From: Octopus vulgaris | Taxonomy: Eukaryota | DNA length: 64,000 bases | NCBI GenBank assembly: GCA_951406725.2 | Contig: OX597814.1 | Location: 81,592,001 to 81,656,000, forward strand | Direction: 5' to 3' | The notes under the pieces: model-generated | The model's database searches: none | What the model saw: only the letters and a program-made list of their open reading frames with translations | What the model was told of the DNA's origin: nothing | Translations under genes and position numbers: made by a program | In this document: positions 13,857 to 25,368 of the stretch, piece by piece | Layout of the letters: each line of letters opens with the position of its first letter | How positions within the stretch are numbered: position 1 is the stretch's first letter

Positions 13857-14770
13857 AAGGTGGCAAGCTGACAGAATTGTTAGCATGTTGGATGAAATGC
13901 TTAACAGCATTTCGTTTGTCTTTATGTTCTGGGTTCAAATTCTGAAGAGGTCAATTCTGTCTTTCATTCTTTCAGAGCCGATAAATTAAGTACCAGTGAA
14001 ACACTAAGGTCAATGTAATTGACTAGTCCCCTCCCACCAAATTTCATTCCTTGTGCCTATAGTAGAAAGGATTATTACAACTACTGCTACTACTACTACT
14101 ACTACTACTACTACTAAGGCAGTGAGCTGGCAGAATTGTTAGCATGCCGGGCAAAATGTTTAGTAACATTTTGTCTGTCTTTACATTCTGAGTTTACCTT
14201 TCATCCTTTCAGGGTCAATAAAACAAGTACCAGTTAAGCACTAGGATCGATGTAATCAACTTACTCCTTACCCCGAAATTGCTGGCCTTGTGCCACAATT
14301 TGAAACCATTATTATTATTATTATCATCATCATTATTATTTTTATTATTTTATTATTATTGTTATTATTATTATTAATATTAATATTAATTCTGGTTCTA
14401 AAGCAGTGACAGACTCATTACTGAATCATACAAAATGGTTTGTGGCATTTATTCAAGCTCTTTACATTTTGAGTAAAAATTCTACTGAGGTTGACTTTGT
14501 TTTTCATCCTTTCAAAGTTGATAAAATAAGCACCACTTGAACACTGGGGTTAATGTAATTGACTTGCCCCTCTGCACCTAAAACTGCTGGCTTTGTGCTA
14601 AACTTAAAAAGAATTACTCTTTCTGGCTCTAAGGTGATGAGCTAGCAGAATTGTTAGCACATCAGATAAAATGCTTAGCAGTAGTTCTTTATGGTCTGAG
14701 TTCAAATACCACTGAGGTCAACTTTACTTCACACTATTTTAGGGTTGTTAAAATTACCATAAAAACCCAT
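13857..14770 (+). mobile_element. Cluster of four head-to-tail family A SINEs
   Basis: Repeated AAGG..G.GAGCTGGCAGAATTGTTAGCA…GAGTTCAAAT…CTTTCATCCTTTC…AAGTACCAG units separated by (TTA)/(CTA) tails. Other copies near 770-915(-), 8797-9010, 15965-16230, 20757-20875(-), 29046-29260, 40882-41095, 50491-50930 and 54255-54430. Confidence 0.85.
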
Positions 14771-14899
14771 GTAATTTATGCACTTTTTTTCTCAAAAATA
14801 AAAATAAACTTTAGTGAGTACATAAATTACATGAGTAGATTGGTTCCAGAGTTATTTTGATTTTTTTTTTTTGTTGAGAAAGAAGTACGAAACATAAAC

Positions 14900-15400
14900 A
14901 TTCATACCAGAAGTTGACTCATTCAATGTCAGAATAGGTTTTTTCAGAAAAAATTGTGGCTTAAATAAAATGAAGTTGACTTTTATTTATGCTGGATGGT
15001 ATAATGCTTACTTTCTCTGTATAAATTTACTAAAACCGTTAAATGGTTAGCTTCTTTTTGAAGTCTGACATTTGTGCTGGTAAACATGATCTTGGTCATA
15101 TTTTACATTGCTTGCAGTTTCTATCTATTGCAATGGAGCACCATTAACATACATAGTGATATGGATATTCCTCACTGAAAAAAATGTAATGATATGGATA
15201 ATCATGATTGTATGTTTTAATTTTTGTCTGTTTATTACTATGCGCAGTTTTAAGTTTGTCGTACTGTTTACACCAATTTCAAACATTGGCTTCATTAACA
15301 TTAAAATACTTTCTGGTAGCTTTATTGTCATGTTCAAATGCGTATTCAACATATTCAATTTCTTCTTGGCAGTAAATGATTAATAAGTTCTGCCCATACT
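14900..15400 (-). mobile_element. pogo-like transposase N-terminal (BrkDBD-like HTH) remnant
   Basis: SFTAKKKL…VEYAFEHDNKATRKYFNVNEANV*NWCKQYDKL on the minus strand. Confidence 0.6.
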
Positions 15401-16319
15401 GACAATAATGATAATGACAAATTTTTGAGTTTGCTTAACATTTTATAAGTGTGAAAGGAATTAAAATTTTGATACTCCGTATCAAAGGTTCCCACAAGAA
15501 TAGGTGGGAAAGAATTCTGTTTACATAATCAGTTTGATTGGTCACCTTCCTCTGTCAGTTGAGTAAAGTGTCATCCAAGCTGATGTTTATTGGTAACTAA
15601 ACTTAATTTGCAACACCTGTGCATATTTATCAGCTTTGTTTTTGTTGGTAATGCTTATCAACAACTTTTCCTGTGATTGTGATTTGAGAAGACATACAGC
15701 AATATGCTAAAGATCGGACATAATCTCTTGTGGGCAAGAAATGTAAATAAAGTTCATTATAAACAACACTAACATTTTGTAATTTAATAGCTTTCAATGT
15801 GATACCTGTTAAACAGAAATTATTTTTCTTTATTGAAAATTTAATAAAATCTAATCATAAGTGAGTGAAATTATGCTAAATACAACTAAATTGAAAATCT
15901 ATTTCTCCTGACTATATTGGCAATTCAGAAAACTTTTGGGTGTGAATTTTACATAAGTAGAAGCCAAAGTCGATTTAGCCTTTCATCCTTTCAGAGTCGA
16001 TAAATTAAGTACCAGTTGTGTACTGGGGTTGATCTACTCAACCAGACCCTCCCCTAAATTTTAGGCCTTGTGCCTAGAATAGAAAAGAAAATAAGTACCA
16101 GTTGAACACTGGGGTTGATGTAATTAACTTACTCCCTCACCTAAAATTACTGACCTTGTGCCAAAATTTGAAACTAATATTAATTATGTGGTGAGCTGGT
16201 AGAATTGTTAGCATGCTGGACAAAATGCTCTCTATCCTTTAATAAGTACATTTAGCACAAATTCTGTCAGACAACATGAGTATAAACAAATGTATTGAAA
16301 CATATCTGGAAATCAATTA

Positions 16320-18762
16320 GTTTAATTATCTAGAGCTTCTAAATATACGATGTTTTGAGTGTGTCCTTTAATTGGTGAATCACTGAAAAGATTTTGGGGA
16401 CTTCCAACTCATAAACATCCTACATATAATTGCCCACGAGAGAAGCAAAGTGAAGTCCAACAACCTTGAGAGACTATCTTTGAGATTTATTGACATAGTG
16501 AAGCTTAGTGTCACTGGGAACTAGAACCATTTAGATTCAAAGGGGAGGTCATATGGGATTAATGGGATCCATGGAATGAAGACATCCTTAACCTTATAGT
16601 TCCCAGTCGTAATTGTTGCCTCTAGGACATGGGGTCGCATTGCTTTCACCACCAGTCTGGGGCCATTGCACAGACGAGGTGGATCTAGATTCCTGAGCAG
16701 TATGATTGGGGGCCCCCTTTTTAAGTGTTAAGTGGTGAGGTGGCTTCCCAGTTGGCTGTAGAGAGTTCAGGAGCTCAGTTGGCAAAACTACAGCCTGGTC
16801 TTGATCAATGACAGTGTCAAAGGATTTGAAAGTCTGTTCTTATCCTGGCAACAGCTGCAAGAGATTCCAATTGATTTTGTCGATAGCATCATTGCGTGGA
16901 ACTAATATGACTCACAGAGCCATTGACTGTTGCTAAAGTTTTCCACAATGTTTGGGAGCAAATGCGTTATGATATCATTGACAGTTCGTACCATCTCACC
17001 ACAGGGTAGCTGGTGTTGCTGCATTTCATTGACATGCAGAAGTTGCCCATTCCCTATCTTCAGAAGCTGGCAGCTTGGCAGTTTGTTGACCAAATAATTG
17101 GGCTCTCATGTTAACTGTCAGGTGCAGTTTAGTCACTTGCCTTCACAGTTAGGATTACTTGAGACAGGCCTTTAGTTCATCTACTTTTGTACCTTTTGGG
17201 ATCACAGGAAGGGTTTGTCTGAAATCCCCAGCCAAAACTACAGTGACCCCACCCATGAGAATGTCCCTCCCTCTCAAATCTCTTAGGCTACGGTCAACAG
17301 CCTCAAGTGTTCCACGATGAGACATGGTGCATTCATCCCAGACAATCAAGTGCGTCTGCTGCAAGACCTTGGCCTTTGTTGATGTCTTAGAAATGTTGCA
17401 AATTGGAGTCTGCGTCCTAAATTCAAGGGAATCTTGAAAGTAGAATGAGCTGTTCATTCACCTGTCGAGAGAGTAGTTGCTATTCCAGAAGACGCTACTG
17501 TCAAAGCAATACACCCATCTATACGGGCTTTTGCTAACAAAAGGTTAATCATAAACATCTTGCCAGTACCCACCAGGAGCATCCAAAAAGAACAGGCCAC
17601 TCTTTTCCTCCTGAGTCATTGGAATGATGCAATTGTAAGCTGTCCGTTGTTCAGTCAAAAGCTATGGCTCATTCTCTGTCACATACTCATAGAGATTATT
17701 CATGTTATAGGATGTCTCCCTTAAAATTTCCTGGTCTTTTCTGGGCTGTTCCCTTATTGGATCTGGCAAGCCATACTCTTGCAAAGGTTTTCCTCCAAGC
17801 TGAAAAAAACTTTGTCTTCAAGAAGAAGTAGAACCTCATTCTTGATAGTCTCAGTCAGCTGGATTCCAAGATCTTCATTTTGCTCCTGCAATCTGTACAC
17901 CAATGTCTTCACAGAAAGATTCCCGATAATTCTCCCGCAGCTGGTGAGGGCTAGAAATGCCGCAAGCCTGAAGCATAATGGCGAAGGGATTTCGCATCTG
18001 AAATACAGAACAGGAAACAACTGCCTCGTCCAGAATCACATTCCAATGACTGTTTTCTCCCACACGCTCTTACGTAACTATATACCTTACACAAAAAGAA
18101 AGCTGGAAAAGAATATAAAAAAATGAAAGTAGAAATTCTTTTTTATCTGAAATCATCACAACTGTAATGATATATGCATACGTGTGTGTGTGTGTGTGTA
18201 AATAGCTGGTTACTTAGTTACTACATTAACACTGACAAAGTGAAAGTGTTAATAAGTCGAGTTGTGCCAAGAATAATCACATGGGATTTAAATGTGAAAT
18301 ATCAAGTGTTAATAAGGCGACTTGTTCCAAAAATGTCCAAAATATGTATTGAAAAATCAATTAATTCATTCAATTAATTGAGAAAAAGGTATTTATCTCC
18401 TTATGAAATTTTTTTGTCATATGAAAGTAACTTTAGAAATTTTTTGTATCAGAAATCATCACAACTGTAATTATGGTTACTTAGTTACTACACAAGAACA
18501 CCAAGTACAGGAAGTTGAAACTTAGTTACTACGTCAGGACACCAAACACAGGAAGTTGACATTGACAGAACAATTTTAAGACGTAAATCTTTATATATAA
18601 AACAATATTATTTATTTTCAATAAAAAAGATAAATCAAGACCATATTATTCTTTCCAAGGTCAAATTATTCATGTGCCCCAAGTATGGTACAGATTGATC
18701 CAGAGATTTGAGTGTGCATAGAGGACACACACACAGACAACATATTTTATATATATAGAAGA
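16320..18762 (-). mobile_element. Internally deleted Helitron: 5' terminus plus decayed PIF1 helicase
   Basis: 5' A|TCTTCTATATATATAAAA…GTCTGTGTGTG at 18762. Helicase motifs FFLDA…GTGK, IVWDECTM, MGGVTVVLAGDFRQTLPVIP, PPHHLTLK, NIVYLEAL* with many frameshifts. No 3' hairpin/CTAG seen. Confidence 0.9.
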
Positions 18763-18889
18763 TATGTATGTGTGTATGTATGTATATGTGTGTGTATGTA
18801 TATGTATACATAAGTATATGTATATACATACATATATATATATACATATATGCATATATATACATACATATATGCATATATACATATAT

Positions 18890-18920
<31 letters not shown>

Positions 18921-18960
18921 CACACACACATATATATATATATCTATGTATGTATATATA
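18760..18960. repeat. Compound (TA)/(CA)/(TG) microsatellite; similar tracts at 22270-22400, 23050-23200, 23685-23880, 24370-24560, 36930-36982, 41340-41425 and 52145-52185
   Basis: Direct inspection; these tracts generate the [12 protein letters not shown] ORFs in the ORF track. Confidence 0.95.
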
Positions 18961-19096
18961 TTGGTATGTATGTATTTTAAAAGGTTGTAATGCAAATTTG
19001 TCCTTTAATTGGAGTAATTTCCAAAAAAAATTCTAATGTTCCTTCATACTTTACTTTGAATATAGTGGCGCAAATTAGTGTAGTATGAAAAGTTAT

Positions 19097-19363
19097 ATAG
19101 ATATATTAAGTATATGATTTAACTTAACAAACAGAGTTCCACAAATTCATTCATATTTTACATCAATGGAGGAGACTGAATGTTAATATAGATGATAATT
19201 TTATTATTCATGTAGCTATATGATCGTTTCATAGAGAAAGGCAATAAATTCATTTTAAGAATCTGAGTTTTCAAATATAACATCTAATCTCCATTGACGT
19301 AAAATATGAATGAATTTGTTGAACTCTGTTTAATAAGTTAAATCATGTACTTAATATTATCTA

Positions 19364-19364
<1 letters not shown>
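19097..19364. repeat. MITE-like inverted repeat (about 75-bp arms)
   Basis: TATTAAGTATATGATTTAACTTA…CAATGGAG / CTCCATTGA…TAAGTTAAATCATGTACTTAATA. Confidence 0.85.
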
Positions 19365-19401
<37 letters not shown>

Positions 19402-19439
19402 CATACACACACATATATATATATAAAGAAGGGTTTATA

Positions 19440-19545
19440 AGAATTGCGTGAGAGCTACAATGCTCTATGGGAGAGAGAGATGACAATTTTGAGAAGGACC
19501 AAGAAAGAGCAATGGTGAGAGAAATGTGTGGAGTGAAGCTGTTCA
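19440..19545 (+). mobile_element. RTE RT C-terminal fragment
   Basis: CVRATMLYG…ILRRT.RAMVREMCGVKL. Confidence 0.55.
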
Positions 19546-19624
19546 GCAATGGTGTTGTCAAGATATTGCTTTGCAGCAGTCTTGAATTGAAGAACTGTGA
19601 AGGCACAACTATAAGGTAGGACAT

Positions 19625-20445
19625 TTGTTTTTTAGGGGGTGGGGGTTTGTTGTTTGTTGTCCATTTTTTTTTCGAACAAGAAATCCCCACTGGATTCAGG
19701 GACATTGTCTGCCTATAGTTGTGCCAAGTGTCTCACTTAGTTTTGAGAAGAGTGCTGTTTGGGGGACGTATCATGCCTCCAAAAATTATGAAATTTTTGT
19801 GAAAAAATTTTCTGAATTTTTTACCAATTTGTGGTGGATATTTTTTGAAGCTGTGCCCCTGTTCACTTTTGGAGTACCTTTTGGCCAGGAGTACCGGTTG
19901 GCCGGAATTGTGTGTTGCCATGTTTTGAACTGTCTTCCTTCTTTTTTTTTTTCTCTTCTTTGTCTTTCTGCTCATCTTTGTCTTCCTTTGAACTGTTTTT
20001 TGACTTTGTTTGGACTTTTGTTGTTTTTTTTAACTGTTTCCTGAACTTTTTCTTCAAAGCATGGTGAAGAAATTGAACACTGTGTTAGAGTGGGAAATCA
20101 TCCCACCCAAGCAATGACTAAAAAACTTAGAGAAAAGAACAGTGGTGTTGAGGACTTATTCTAAGTCACTTGACACCATCGCTGTGTTTCCTAAGACAGA
20201 TATAGAAAAAGAGTCAGCAGAGTATCTGCCAACCATTAAGTTTATTTCCATGGGTGTTAAATATGCAACGGTGTGGTTGCTATTTGACACTCCTGAGGTG
20301 GCTCGCAAATTTGCAAGCCAGCTTGTAGAAGGGCAAGAGATTCTATTTCTTCCCACATATTGTGGGAAGAAATTAATAAGAGCTTGGATCTGCGGGCTGC
20401 CAACAGACATTGAACTGGAATGGCTAGAGGACACTATCTGTTAAA
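19625..20445 (+). mobile_element. Probable L1/Tx1-type LINE 5' UTR plus ORF1 N-terminal remnant
   Basis: T-rich leader, then ATG 20061 MVKKLNTVLEWEIIPPKQ*…VVLRTYS…LLFDTPEVA…FLPTYCGKK..RAWICGLP (RRM-like ORF1 pattern). Family assignment is tentative. Confidence 0.5.
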
Positions 20446-20934
20446 GATCTGGTATTTCCAGAATTTTTGAAAATGGCTGGTTGCAGGTACCCAGTGATAC
20501 TTGAGGGATGCCCCCACCCCAAGTGTCACCTGAAATATAACTACATTGCTTTGGCAAAATTGAAAAAAGTTGGTTGCCTTAATTTTGGGACACCCTGTAT
20601 ATATATGTGTGTGTGGGAGTGTAGTCAGAGATTGAAAATGTGAGCATAATCCAAGTTTTCTTTTTTTCTATTACTGGCTCTTTTCACTCTTTTTTTTTCT
20701 TCTTTCCTCTCTCCTTTGTCTCTCCCTGAATTTTCCTCTACTACTTATTTTACTAACCTGGAAAGGGTGAAAGGCAAAGTCTATAAGCTTATCTACCTTG
20801 GTGATATTTGAACTCAGAAAAAATACTACTAATCATTTCACCCGATACTCTAATGAATCTGTCAGCTTACTGGCCTAATAATAGTAAAGATAGTTTCAAA
20901 TTTTGGCATTGAAATAAGCTGTGGAAAGACATAC

Positions 20935-21455
20935 CTCACAAACACAGCCTATACACATTCACCATCCAGAAATCATTGCAGGTGGTGCAACCTTAGCACA
21001 TCAGAAGCCACAACTGGCCTAAGCTGCCATGTAGAGGGTGCTGACAGCAGACTGACCATCTGACCATTGGAATGTGTCCCTTCCACAAGAAAATAAATAA
21101 AACACTCCAGCCTGATCAAGCAGTGACTAGGACAGGGTACAACAGTCAGGCAACAAATGGTGATATAGGCATTCACCAAATCTGCCAGGCCTTTCAGGGG
21201 CAGCTTTCTCTCTGCCCATTTCTCTGACTGGCCACCCTGTTCAGCACTTTGCCCCAGTTCTTATCCACCCAGAGGTCAGGACTGAACCAGACCCTGAGCA
21301 GTTTAACTGGTCCATTACTTCAGTGTAACAATGCCATCTGATGGTATTGGCCTGCCTCTCCAGCCACAAGCCAACTGACTTGTCAGCATTGATCTTTGCT
21401 CCTGCAATTCACTCATATTACAATGGTGCTGACCATCTCCACTTCAGAGGCATAC
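20935..21455 (-). mobile_element. L1/Tx1-type LINE RT C-terminal remnant
   Basis: GAKIN..KSVGL.L…NGPVKLLRVWFSPDLWVDKNW…LTVVPCP…LRLHHL, spread over frameshifts. Confidence 0.75.
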
Positions 21456-22399
21456 ATCAACAATAAAAACAACAACAACATCAACAACAGCAATATCAAC
21501 TTCAACAACAGCAATGATAACAACATGGAATCTCACAAAAACCTACAATAACCAAAACTAAAACTGTTAAAAGAAAATAATTTAAGCCCTACATAATAAT
21601 ATTAATAATAATAATGTAACTTATATGTGGGCACTTAAACTAATACACATGTTTATTTAATATTCAACTTATTAAACATGCTGTTGGAATTTCCAAAATA
21701 CAGGTATTGTGAAAGCATCATAGCTCAGGTAACCAGTTGGTATTTCCATGAAATTTGCCTTTGATCAAGAAGAGGGTCGGAGAGTAAAAGAGAGTAAAAG
21801 AGAGGAAAAAGAGAAATGGAGATACTGTTAATTATATTATTAAGCATATTGTACACTTAACATATATTATATCTAATAACATATATCATGATAATCTTGT
21901 ACTGTAAAAAAGAAGTGGATTGCGTTTGTCTGTTCATCATAATATCAATGAGAGGAAGGGAAAGAAGAGGAGGAATCAAAATATACACCACAATGTATTT
22001 TTAGAAGGGGAGGAGAAAAGTTGTTGTTGAAAGTAAAAGAGAAATGCAAAGAAAGAGAGAGAGAGAGTGTGTGTGTGTGATAGATAGATAAATAGATAGA
22101 TATGTTGGTAGTTAGGTAGTATTGTCACCATAGTAATTAACAAGTTTTGATTTAAAAAAGGAACTTCGAACTGCAAGTTTGTGAATACAACACAGCACAC
22201 TTAAAAAAAGAGACTATATGTGTGTGTGTATATATATGTAAGTTATCTATTGTAATGTGATATAATAGTTTCGTTTTAATACTTTCACTTTGTATATATG
22301 TGTATATATATATATATATAACAATTTAATAAATAAAAAATATGCATACATACATACATATATGTACATACCTACATCTATATGTATATATACATGCAT

Positions 22400-23050
22400 A
22401 TATGAGTACAGGACACCACAAATAAACGTAGAACACAACGAGAAACGAAAACATAGAAACAAAACAAGGAAATGGACTTTTAACAACGAAAAAACAGAGT
22501 ACAAGATAAACAACAGAGGGAATATTCCCCTTCTTCAGCTGCCCCTGTTTCGATAGGTAAGTATATATATATGTATTTGTGTATGTATATATGTGTGTGT
22601 GTATGTATATATGTGTATATATGTATATATATATATATTTCCTAAAGACAAGACGTGATTTTTGCCTGTCTCTTCTCAAAGCTCGTTTCTCCAGCATTCA
22701 CCACTTCACCATGTTATGGCTCAACAGCCCTCACCATTTATTTTTACTGTTTTGTTCTTACTGTCCTGTTTTTGTTACCACTTTAACCATCTGCAAAAAA
22801 TCCCAAATTTTATTTAATTTGCTTTGCAGGAAGGACTGTTTTAATGAAGTCATGTCTTGTCCCTAACTTCAAAACGCAGAGTAGATAAAACAAGGGACAA
22901 CTGATGAAGGGAATGTTCTTTATGTTGCCTGTCTCATTTCTCTATTTGTTTCTTTTGTTGTTCAAAAAAAGTGTTTTCCATGTTTTCGTTTTTTATGTTC
23001 TCGTTTCTCATTTTGTTCATGTTTTTTTTGACGTCCTGTACCCATATATG
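22400..23050. repeat. Two divergent copies of one interspersed repeat in inverted orientation
   Basis: GTACAGGAC…GAGAAACGA…TTCCCCTTCTTCAG (22407-22540) versus the reverse complement of 22900-23045. Confidence 0.65.
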
Positions 23051-23681
23051 CATGTATATATACATATGCATGTAGGCATGTACATATGTATGTGTATATA
23101 TACATATATATATAAATATATATATATATTATTTATATATATATATATATTATTTATATTATTATTATAATTATTATTTTATATGTGTGTGTGTGTGTGT
23201 GTGTAGCAAGATATAAGAAGTTATGCAACCATTTAAGGAATAGATGTATCCGTAGGCACTCCTGGTGTATTACCTCACTATGTATACTCCTAGTTATAAG
23301 GTATACAGTAGTAGGTAATTTAAAGTTAAAACCATGCCTTAATATATAGAGAGAAGATAAGAAATGGAGTAATAATTAACAATGAGAATTGGAGCATTGG
23401 TGTTAAGAAGTCATTGTTAAATATATGTATATATATATAAGAATTTTTTGCATAATGAGATAAAAAAAAAACCAAGGCTGTATAAATATTAGAGCATTTA
23501 TTTATACAGCCTTGGTTTTTTGTTTCATTACGCAAAAAATTCTTATATACACACCCTGATATAGAACCAACGTTGAAACATTTATTCGCAATATAACCGA
23601 ATCTGGAACTTCACTATGGTCTGTCTATAGCACTTATTCAGCATTACCTAACACCTTTGCGTCTCAATTACACCATTATCT

Positions 23682-23715
<34 letters not shown>

Positions 23716-23889
23716 TATATATATATGTATATTTACATATAGATATATACACACACATATATATATACATAGATATGTATACATATATACTGATATAAAC
23801 ACATATTTATACATATATATATATATGCATTCCTATGTACACATATGTACATATAGACAGACAGACACACACACACACACACTCATGCA

Positions 23890-24369
23890 TGGATGGCAAA
23901 CAAAAGTATGGAGTGGAGTGAAAGCATTTGAAGAAGCCAGGATAACGCATGCAAAACTCGAGAGATTTAAGGAAGAATGTTACGATCGAGAAGGTGAATC
24001 ACAATGACCTTTTTGCGTGCACAGTTTGTGACAGACCATGCTTTTGTTTTGCTGGGCTCAAATCTCATTTGCAAACCCATGGAAAATGAACCTCCATCAA
24101 TTATTCTGCCTATATATCTGTGCACACCTTTCCATGCAATGTATGCCATAAGGTCTACAAATCTAACGGAGGCCTCAAAAGACATTTTAAGATTCACAAA
24201 GATCAGAACTTATCTGCAGCTCTTGGTGGTCCAAATCAGATATATAATCTATGTGGGCGTCCTTTCAAAACACTGTCTGGTTTAAAAAGCCATATCAGAT
24301 GCCATGATAGTTTTAAGGTGTCGTCACTGGAGGTGGTCAAATTCTGCCTAAGGAGTAGACAACCACCAT
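23890..24369 (+). mobile_element. RTE-like LINE 3' end with three C2H2 zinc fingers
   Basis: WQTKVWSGVKAFEEAR then CTVC..H..H, CNVC..HFKIH and (Y)NLC..HIRCH; flanked by (CA)/(TA) microsatellites. Confidence 0.75.
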
Positions 24370-24382
24370 ATATGTGTGTGTG

Positions 24383-24415
<33 letters not shown>

Positions 24416-25177
24416 ATGTATATATATATGTGTATATATATGTATATATATGTGTGCATATATATATGTATGTATACATACATATATATATGTGTGTGCA
24501 TATATATATGTATGTATACAAACATATATATATGTGTGTGCATATATATATATATATGTGTACATCCAGCTGTAGAAACATTGCCAGATAAGACCGGAGC
24601 CTGGTGCAGCCTTCTGGCTTCCCAGATCCCCGGTCGAACCGTCCAACCCATGCTAGCATGGAGAACGGACGTTAAACGATGATGATGATGATGATATATA
24701 TATATATATATATAATATAATATAAATTAGAGATAAAACCACTATTATGCAACTCAAACAATGATAGGCATAAACCAAAACATAAATAACAAATAATATA
24801 TATTTTTAATAAAACATACAACTTATAACTAGAGTATAAAAATGAATGATCAATATATAATATAACAAGTAAAAAAAACTATGTACGTTTCATGGCTATA
24901 ATTAAATTGAAATAAATTCGATTTAAAATTATAGTCAATCTTCAGGTTAATGATAATAGTTAAATATAAGCAAATAGAGTTAAACGATATTTATTTGAAA
25001 AATAAATAAAATAGTAATTTTTCTTATTGAAGAAAAAAACTCCACTGACTAAATTAGAAACTTAAAACATTAGGATTATTTCCTACAACACATTTATTAT
25101 GTTAAATATTTAATTTTAATGTAAAAAAATAGATAGAAATATGTATTTATCTTTGAAGATATAATTTGGCTTTAAAA

Positions 25178-25368
25178 ATACAGACAAGTTTGCCACACCT
25201 TTTTGGACACTCAAAGCATAAAAGAATAAAATACTAGAACGAATACCATGAGATAATTTGTCTAAAATTCTAACAAGATTTTAGACAAAATATCTCATGG
25301 TATTCATTCTAATATTTTATTCTTTTATGCTTTGAGTGTCCAAAAAGGTGTGGCAAACTTGTCTGTAT
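25178..25368. repeat. Near-perfect 191-bp palindrome (about 91-bp arms, 3 mismatches)
   Basis: ATACAGACAAGTTTGCCACACC…TTGTCTAAAAT / ATTTTAGACAA…GGTGTGGCAAACTTGTCTGTAT. Confidence 0.95.

Noticed and set aside
18635-19036. Many overlapping ORFs ([12 protein letters not shown]), also at 22247-23170, 24236-24682 and 56529-56753
   Set aside because: Artefacts of (TA)/(CA)/(TG) microsatellites that lack stop codons.
22865-22915. CTGATGA near AAAACGC as a possible permuted hammerhead
   Set aside because: No intact GAAA core and no stem I complementarity.
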